A DNA stretch of 64,000 bases from assembly GCA_002189035.1 (NCBI GenBank), contig NEEC01000009.1, forward strand, positions 1,674,001-1,738,000. The letters run 5' to 3'. Position numbers and translations under genes: made by a program. Every line of letters starts with the position of its first letter. The first letter of the stretch is position 1. This DNA is from Utricularia gibba. Taxonomy: Eukaryota > Plantae > Magnoliophyta. Of the stretch, positions 55,245 to 64,000 are shown piece after piece. The notes under the pieces are model-generated. The model worked only from the letters and a program-made list of their open reading frames with translations, had not been told where the DNA came from and searched no databases.

Positions 55245-56924
55245 CTAGGATGCCACCTTGCGCGGCACCGCCACCGCGGCCAACGGCTTCTTCATCTCCG
55301 ATGAAAGCTTCAGGATCTCCGTCAGGTCCACGGGGTTCCTTGGATCCTCGCTCCATTCGAAATGGCGCACCAGTTTCGCCACCCACGTCGCCACGACCAC
55401 CATCCCGAGATTCTTCCCTGGGCACACACGCCGGCCCGCGCCGAAGGGGGCCAGACGGAGGTCTCCGCCGCGGACGTCGATTTCGACGCCGCCTTCGCTT
55501 GGAATGAACCTCTCCGGCTTGAACTGGAGAGGGTTTTCCCAAATCTCAGGGTCGTGGGTGATTGACCACATGTTGACCATGGCGGTGGTGGTGGCGGGGA
55601 TCACCATTCCGTTGCTTAGCTTGACGTCGGTGGAGGAGAGTCGGGCCCATGAGAGAAGCGGGCCTGGTGGGTGGATTCGGAGAGTCTCCTTCACTACTGC
55701 TTGGAGATACGGAAGCGATGCGACGGCGGAGTCGGTTAGAGAATCCGCCGTGTCGACTTCCCGCCGGAGCTTCGCTTGAATCTCGGGATGCAGCACCAGT
55801 TCCGCCATTACCCATTCTGTCAGTAAAGCCGTCGTATCAGTTCCCCTGAAGATCATTTCCTGAGCGGAAGCAAGCCTTTTTTATGTCAGAATATCGGAAT
55901 ATACTGATTCTGTACTCTGAAATCACACACAATTTCGACTTACCCATAAAACAGCGATCATGTCGTCTTCTTCCAGCTTATCCTCACCATCCAAACTCAG
56001 CAGAATATCAACAAAAGAGCCGGTTCCCGATGCGCTCTCGCTCTTTCTTTCCCGGTGTTCTGCGATTATCCCTTTCACAAATTTCCTCACGCGAACAACA
56101 AGTTTCTCACAGCGAGAAACAATGTGATTCGGGTCGTAAATGTACGACGAAAGCCATGGGAGAAAATCGGAGAAATTAAAAGCGCCGAGAAGCTCGAATC
56201 CCTCCCTCACCATTTCATTCAGCTCTCTTACCTCCTTTCCATCCCCTGCCGCATCGTACCGCTTCCCAAAAACGCTACCCATTATGTTGTTCAGCGCCGC
56301 CGCCTGCAAGTGCTCCCTCAACGAAACGACGCCGAATTTCTCCATATCCTGGGAGATGGCCTTCGCCATGAGGGCGCAGTCATTTCGACGGCCGGGTTCG
56401 TGGGCGGCGATGAACCGTGGAGCGAACAGGTGGGAGGCTGCGATACGGCGGAGGAGGCGCCAGTAGGTACCGTTCGGAGCAAAACCCATCGCTCTATCAA
56501 ACATCAAACTACGCGCCGACTGTTTAATCGGGCGATTAGCGAAGCTGGGTGAAGTCAAAATTTCCTTAGCAATTCGCGGGTCGGAGGAAACGACCGCTGG
56601 CGTTGCGCCGATACTAAAAGCCATGAGATCCTTGGCGTTCATGCACTCTGCCATTCCAGCCAGAGTTCGGTGGGGTAATCCGCACCTCAGACTAAACAAG
56701 CTCCCGAAAACAGGAATCCCTCTAGGACCAGGAATCGGAGTAGCACCGTTGTTTCTGTTCTTCCATGCGGCGGACCCTCCCGGAGTGCAGAACCAGGTAA
56801 GAACGGCGACGGAGAGAAAAGCCAGGAACAGGGATACCAGAAGATACTCATCTAGAATGGTTTTCGATCCCAGAAACGCCGGAAGCGTAAAGACCCACCA
56901 GTTAGAATCGTGAGTAGCAGCCAT
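55245..56924 (-). CDS. CYP78A7: Cytochrome P450 CYP78A (CYP78A7-like); 2 exons
   Basis: [43 protein letters not shown]|[13 protein letters not shown] (ExxR), [29 protein letters not shown] haem motif; single intron at about 55861-55936. Confidence 0.95.
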
Positions 56925-59017
56925 TGCAGAGCTAGAAAAGATAGTGATGAGAGCCTAGTCGAAGATAGGGATGGCTTTTGAGAGGAACAAGTGATTTCTG
57001 TGGGTGAACGGAAAATCCCCCTGCTCATATTTATATAACCACACTTGTATTAAAATATTATTATTTTTTGTCTCTCTCTCTCAAACAAATTCTATGCTCC
57101 ACCCCTTTCTTTTCCTACATTATTTATAACAATTCCAATCTCAATCTTGATTGTGATGATAAATTTGTTGAAATTAAGTATTCGGTAAGTGTAAATAATA
57201 TACGTGAAATTCAAATACATAAGAATATACAAAAGATTAGATTGGTATACAATCTATAATACAGTTGTGTTTCAATTTGTATTTATGAATAATGTACTTT
57301 ATTATTATTATATTAAGACTTGGGAGAAAGTAAAAAGAAAAAAAATCGAAAATAGGGTTGTATACTATTGAGGGAAGGCGATGGATCCCGGTGCAGAGGA
57401 TCCCCGTACGATACGGACTGTGTGGGAGGGCAGTTTGGGAAGGAAGGATGCGTGCTTGTTGTTGCTGAAGAGACACTGAGGCTGAGCCCCCGTCTCCTCC
57501 AGTGTTGACCCCTCCACCGTCACTTCGCCGTCACCCCCATTCATTTCTCCGACGCTGGATCTTCTGGGGTGGGGCCCGGCCCGAACATCGACGGCTCCGA
57601 AAATGGACAAGTCATGGGTGTTGTCACAGCCGCGGCGATGAGTTGTCTCCGCGGCTCCTGAAACGAGGCCAGTAAGATTTTGACCGAGAGCCTCCCCAGG
57701 TGTCGTTTTCGTTGGTTTCGGTGTCGTTTTGCTTTTAATTGTGTACCACTTACACTACCCTACCCCCTCCCCCGCCACCTGCCACTGGCGGCGCCGCTGC
57801 CGGAGGCTTTCTTTCTCCGACGTTTCGATGCCTGCAGGTCACTACATGCATATTCGCGCCAGTCACTAGAGAAACACAGACGTGTCATACGGCAGCAGCT
57901 CAGTTGGGTCTTTTCTTTGGGACCCACTTGGGTTGGGTTTCCAGGAGCGAGATGACACTTTTCCGGCATGCACTGCCTGCATGGGCTCGCAGTAATTGGC
58001 GTTTCCGGTCATTGAACACGACGAAGATCCGGTTTAACCGGCCCCGGCCGCTAAAGGAGTACCAGACTCGCTTTAGCAGAGGAGTTATGAAGTGCAGGTT
58101 GGCAGCCTGCAGGAGTAGGGTTACCAGCAGCAGCTTTCTTTCTTCACAGAGATTTTACGACATCAGGGTCTCCGTCTGCTCTTCTCTTTTGCATTCAATG
58201 GCGATGCAATGGTGTTCTCATCCATTAACCAATTTCCTCCTCTGCATTCAAATCAAATGATTTCTGCTGACAAGACAAGAACGCAGCAGTTGTCGCGAGT
58301 TAAAACTTGGGGGCGGGCCTCTCTCCACCAACCTCCACACCCATCCAACTCAACTCCATATTGATTATTACCAATGTTGAAATTCAGTATATAATGGATG
58401 ATACCAACTCATACTAAGTTAAAGTACATAAAAAAACGTGAATTATATTAAAAAAAATTGGCTTAATCAATTAATTATAATTTATAGTTTATTATATATT
58501 TGATTATTATACTTTTATTTTTCGATGTATTATTATGTATTATAACATAAACATAGTGGGAAATGAAGAGTGAGAGTAGGTTTTGATATTATTATTTTTC
58601 ATTTGAACAAATTGATCTAATTCTTATAATTTTACGTTTTATTTTAAAAAAGGATTTGTAACAACTTGGAAACTCGATAATGATAATCGATCCGGATAAT
58701 AAGATTCACAAAAATGTGTGTTTGAATTGTGCTTATAAGTGAAGTGATTGGCACAATATTGATCAATGTTGTATATGTATCTATTTATAAATTGGATGTG
58801 AAATATCCACAATATATTTAAAGTGAAAAATGGTCTGTTATTTTCAAATATGGTCAAACTAAAACCGGCCCACCGGAGATCTGTACTTCACGGCCCGATA
58901 TTTGAAGCTCTTCGGCCCGTTAATTCTGATCAGTTGCCTTGGTGTGCGCCACATCCTTTATCCGTTTATCGGGGTTATTTGGTGGAGATTGGAGAAGAAG
59001 CTGTCTTTCGTTGAGAG

Positions 59018-60878
59018 ATGCTGCATCTTCAATCCTCACCAGTCGTATCTCTCCCTAAATTCTCGGTTTTAGGTTTCTCCAATGCTTTTACGGGGCGCCG
59101 AAGATTTTTTGTTCGATCATCATCGTCAACCGTGCCGGAGATCGATTTCTCTGACCTCGCCTCCGCGCTTGAGAAGGTATTTCGTCGTTTTCTTGCGTTA
59201 TGGACTGGATGATTTTGTGTGTGTGCTCTAAATGGGGGTGTATTGTGTTGATTTTCGGCATTTTGAGTTTCGATTCGAATACCGTTTTCGGGATATATAT
59301 GTGATTTATCCATCTGTAGAAGGACAGCAATGCTGTCCGAGAGGCGCTTGATCGGTTGACCGAAGTCGGATGGGCGAAGAAATGGAGTTCTCAACCATAC
59401 GTCTCACGACGTACTGTCAGTTTTTATAATGCATTTTGCCTTTGATTTTGTGTTTTTAATTCATGCTTCATATTGAGCATTTCTGCAACAGACATCCCTC
59501 CGGGAGCTGACATCTCTCGGAATAAAAAATGCTGAAGGTCTTGCTATTCCTAGTGCCAGAGATGATGTATGTCTGGGGAGCTTGTTTTATCATTAATGCC
59601 AATGAACTTTGATTACATGTTTTATTGAGTTGAAGTTGCTCAGGGATGCAGGCTGCTTTTCTCTTCACTGTGGTCGGTGTAACTGGGTTTTTGGGTCTTC
59701 TCGCTGGTCAGCTTCCCGGGGTATTTGTTATTCGGATTGGATTTATAAGTTGATCTTATTAATACGATTTCATGCCATTCATTCATTCATCCCCTTGATT
59801 GATTTCACAGGATTGGGGCTTTTTCGTGCCTTATTTGCTTGGCAGCATCTCTTTAATATTCCTTGCTGTGGGCAGTATTTCTCCAGGGTACACGACAGCC
59901 TCTGGTTTTGCGAGTATACCATTGTGTTTATGTTTACAATTTTTCCTACTTGTTATCCCCACATGATGCAGGTCGCTTCAGGCTGCCATAAGTGGATTTT
60001 CTTCCTTTTTCCCTGATTACCAGGAGAGGATTGCTAGGCATGAAGCCGCTCATTTTTTAGGTACAAGCCTTCCTATCTTGGTACATTCTTGAATTATAAA
60101 ACGATACCAATGTAGTGGGACAAGAAAATACAGAGGTGAATGACCTTCTCACATGGCTGAATGTTCGATTACAACCTGTAATATGTATGCTAGAAAACGT
60201 ACTGTCGTTGTGTTGGTTCAGTTCATAAATCCTTTTTTTGGGAATGCTCATTACAGTGGCTTACCTGCTGGGCCTTCCAATCCTCAACTATTCACTGGAC
60301 TTGGGCAAAGAACATGTGAATCTCATCGATGAGAGACTTGAAAAAATTATCTACAGCGGGCAGCTTGATGCCAAGGAGCTAGACAGGTGCACCTTTTGCA
60401 TTCCCCAATGCTGCACTTAGCCCGAGCGCTCTCGTTTACATAAATGTTATGATTTTGAATCATCCCAGGTTAGCAGTTGTGGCAATGGCAGGGCTTGCGG
60501 CAGAAGGCCTACAGTATGACAAAGTTGTTGGCCAATCCGCAGACCTTTTCACCCTCCAGGTTGGTCCGCTCATTGCCTGATCCTCAAAAATCGTCATCTA
60601 GCGCATGACCCGTGTCTCCCTGCTTCCAGAGATTCATCAACAGGAGTACACCGAAGCTGAACAAGGATCAGCAGCAGAATCTTACTCGTTGGGCAGTAAG
60701 TTTTGTGTTGTCGAATCACTCACTTGAAACCACAAACTGAGATTTTCTGTGGGTTCAGGTTTTGTTTGCTGCGACACTGGTCAAGAATAATCGGCTTCTC
60801 CATGAGAGCTTGATGTCGGCGATGAAGAACAAAGCCACCGTTCTGCAATGCATCGAAGCAATAGAGAAGGTGGCGTAA
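59018..60878 (+). CDS. Plastid membrane protein of the M41-peptidase-like HEAxH family (At2g21960-like); multi-exon
   Basis: Transit peptide, GWAKKWSSQPYVSRRT|TSLRELTSLGIKNAE, DWGFFVPYLLGSISL, HEAAHFL, YLLGLPIL, AMAGLAAEGL, QQQNLTRWA; TAA at 60876-60878. Confidence 0.85.
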
Positions 60879-61646
60879 CTGCTACAACTTCGACCATCTT
60901 AATCTCTCCATAGCCTGCAAAACAGAAATGCCACATCACATGAACTGCATAGTCAATGAAAACATATACATATTAGATCAAGACACCAGCATAAGTGTAT
61001 ATGTTTTTTCAAGACACCCTCCTATATCACATGAGTTTGTAAGTATAATTATTTGAAAGATGATATACTAAAAGTGAAGTGTTTTCTTTAGAAAGTATTT
61101 AAAATTACGAAATTAAGTGTTCGGAACTAGTAATATTATACAAAAAAGATAAATTGTGTTATTTGATATCATATATGGATCAACTTACTATTATCAAAAT
61201 AAATTGATCATCTTAATTTAGATTTTTTAATTAAAAAAATATAAAATCATGAAGTTTTGATAATTGGAATTAATAATATCATTTATTTGATAAAAAAATT
61301 GCTTAATATTCTTGAATCATTCCAAAAATATCATATAATTAGGTAATTGAATGAATGTTGTATATTAATTAGATTGGTAATAATAATAATTATTATTATT
61401 AGGTAAATATATAATAATATTATTAAAATGAAAATATAATTTCCTCCTCGTTTGGGACAAGCTCAGGAACCTGTATGAAATTCAGAGGCGTCGCTTAGCT
61501 GGAATTGAGTGGGTTGGGTTCCACGTCTACATTTAGTTTTACTCCAACAAAGGAAACAAAAGCTGCATTTATTAATATTTAAGCCTTTTTTATTGGATAC
61601 TACCATTAGCGGAGCACTACACCAACATGCAGCAGAGAGGTTAACT

Positions 61647-62460
61647 TCAAATGTCTTCCAACATGGAGGATGAGAACAGACCCAGATCAATCTCGGTTGA
61701 CGTGCCCGCCGGAGTCCGCGGATATGCTCCGACCCGGTCCTCGAATCCGCTTTCCATCATTCCCAGCAACTCGCTCCACCAACTCAAGGACTCACGATCC
61801 ACTTCCGCCCTCGCTTCCGCCTCCCGGGTTCCCACACCCATGTGATTCGACGGCGTGCGAGGTTCTTGTGCGCGGGACAAGCGCATAGCTCGAGGTCTTA
61901 TCACGACGGCCTTCTGTGTCTTGTAGCTGCACGTTTTAGAGCCGTCCCCGGTGGACAACCTCTTGTGCACGTGCGAATTCCAGAAGTTTTTGACGTCGTT
62001 TGCAGTTCTCCCCGGCAGCCGCCCGGCGATCAACGACCATCTGGTGAAGTTTTCGTTCGTAAACCCGAGAACTAACTTCGTACACAGAATTCGCTTATGA
62101 AAAAAAAGATAGGTTTGTTTCTCCTCCTACCTGTTGCCTAGAAGCTTGTGGAGGCGGAGGAGAAGATCGACTTCGTCTTCTGTGAAGCAACTCCGGTTTA
62201 TATCTGGGCGAAGGTAATTCAGCCATCTCAACCTGCAGCTTTTCCGGCATCTATTCAGTCCTGTAGCAGCAAGTTTTGTTTATTATTTTCTGGAACATTA
62301 AACAAAAGAAAAACCAAGTACTGAGTAGAAGGTAGGTACCAGCTCTGAGTGGAACTAAGTGCCACTTTCCTTCACCATGGATCTCGATGCATTTCCTTAA
62401 GAGGGCATCTTCCTCCTTGGTCCATGCTCCTTTCCTTAATCCTCGTACCTCTTTCGCCAT
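61647..62460 (-). CDS. R2R3-MYB subgroup 6, MYB-C; 3 exons, intact
   Basis: [18 protein letters not shown]...[27 protein letters not shown]|[42 protein letters not shown]; canonical R2R3 intron positions. Confidence 0.93.
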
Positions 62461-64000
62461 GTTTTCTTATCGTTGGCTCTGTAAAAACAAGTAGAAGTAG
62501 AGCAGAAATGTGTTGCTTTTTGATGGCTTCTCTTTCAAATTTCAGCAACTTGTTGAAATTGTAACAAGCAATTACTCCTCCCAACTGCATTTGTGTTTGC
62601 AGCATACGTGCGCTTTTGCAAGCCACACACTGATCCTGTGGGGGACCTTCAAATCAATTCTAGAAAGGGATATGGCGTATTATGCCATTTCCATTTTATA
62701 GATATTCGTACTGTTTCATTAAAAACACAGCATTCTGTAGCCTCTTTTATCAACATCTTGATCTTTTGGAAAATTGGAACAGCTCGAGAGAAAGCTCTTC
62801 TTCTGGTTTGATGGAGTGTATGAGAATGGGCAACCCTTCACCACGGTTCATCGGCAAGACCCTGCACAAGGATTCATCTTTTCCGATTCCTCAAAGATGA
62901 TCACCAGTCAGTCACTTGACCACCAGCCCAACTCAATTTCCTTGAAAATGAAAGTCGAATCGGGATGCAGGTCAATGCCTTGGACTGTTCCCAAGCGCTG
63001 ATCCGAGTTGGTGTGGGTCCAGTGGCAAGCAGGCAGGCTATTGAATGATGCATCTGGTAGGATGGGCCGGCGGCAGCAGCAATCCGCCTGCCTGTTGCAA
63101 CGGAGAAACGTGGCAAGGGGGATTCGGTGGGCACGCCGGTGGATCACCATGTGACCTTGCGGCCCAAAACCCTTATCGGGATCAACGCCCATGCGTACTT
63201 CGCATTTTACAGTTCCGCACATCAAACCCCAGGGAAGTTCATCGGGGCTCTGGTGCTGGTGCAATTCGACCAATTAGAACGTATCAAACCCCATGGAGAC
63301 GTCAAGGATCGAGAATTTCGTCTCATGGAACAAAGGGTAAATTGAGACGTATCTTGCAATTGCAATTCGACCGATTAGAGTATATCGGAAAGCATAAACT
63401 GCGGAATCACTTCTCAAGGTGTTAGGGATTACGTGCTCCTCAAATTTTGGGGATGAGGAGAGGAGCGGTTTATGATTCTCAAGGAGCAATTATGGTGTGT
63501 GTTTTGAGGCAAAAAGACAACTCTTTTTCCACAGGCATTGTCCAGAGTGTTGAGCATACAACCAAAGATGCATTGCTGTACAGAGGGGCATTCAGTTCCA
63601 CATAAACACTCCTCCTCGTCTTTTTTCGTTTTAGTTTTTGTCTGATGTAGAAACCGCTTATCGGCTAAAAAGCTGCCTCTTTTGTCTCCACTTCCGAATA
63701 TGCAGGTGTGTATGCGTGTGTGTTTATATATTAACATATTTTAATTTTTTTCCTGTTTGATGCGTTTCTATTGTATTTTATTTGGTTACTCATTTCCCGG
63801 GAACTGTTTATTTACTGTTTAAGCGCGCTGTTTTGATTAGTTTCATCTTCCCGGGATTTAGCAGCTTGACTTTGGGATACTTGCTGTTCTTTCCCATGTA
63901 AAATTTGAATCTGCTTTTAACTTCAAGAGTTCCTCTTTTAAGATGATTGTTCTTTTTTATGGTTATGCATGGCTGCGAAGTGTCTTTGTATTTTGAATCT

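Noticed and set aside
57968-57978. ATGCACTGCCT equals the first 11 nt of miR408
   Set aside because: The sequence diverges immediately afterwards and no complementary star arm is visible.
55245-62460. CYP450 next to an anthocyanin MYB, reminiscent of the Mimulus YUP siRNA locus derived from an inverted CYP450 fragment
   Set aside because: CYP78A7 is intact, and I found no inverted or partial duplicate of it nearby by eye. A self dot-plot or einverted run would be needed to exclude a short hairpin.
63700-64000. Possible 5'UTR exon/intron (CAG|GTGTGT followed by a T-rich tract) of a plus-strand gene continuing past the window
   Set aside because: No coding sequence is inside the window to support it.

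Overview
Gene-dense eudicot plant nuclear DNA with about 23 protein-coding genes plus one truncated gene in 64 kb, most introns 65-120 nt, and short AT-rich spacers. There is no sign of prokaryotic features, tRNA/rRNA or CRISPR. Gene order: Smr-domain protein, class III peroxidase, centrin, a 5'-truncated PHD-finger gene, PaaI thioesterase, alpha/beta hydrolase, soluble pyrophosphatase, RPN6, ERA GTPase, GH5 mannanase, BCS1-like AAA ATPase, thioredoxin h, SHI/SRS factor, F-box protein, ALDH3F, secreted LRR protein, MED26-like, MYB-A, MYB-B, CESA6-clade cellulose synthase, LCV2, CYP78A7, At2g21960-like protein, MYB-C. The most notable biology is a dispersed cluster of three subgroup-6 (anthocyanin-activator type) R2R3-MYBs. 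All three share an unusual IKRG->INR(T/A/S) change and an eroded miR828 site, and their upstream regions carry an LTR-like fragment, a 72-bp duplication and an unexplained island. Many genes carry single-base indels inside homopolymer runs, which most likely reflect an unpolished long-read assembly rather than mass pseudogenisation. The MYB sequences look Lamiales-like and the compactness suggests a miniature genome (e.g. Lentibulariaceae); this is inference only. All family assignments come from recalled motifs, not database searches.
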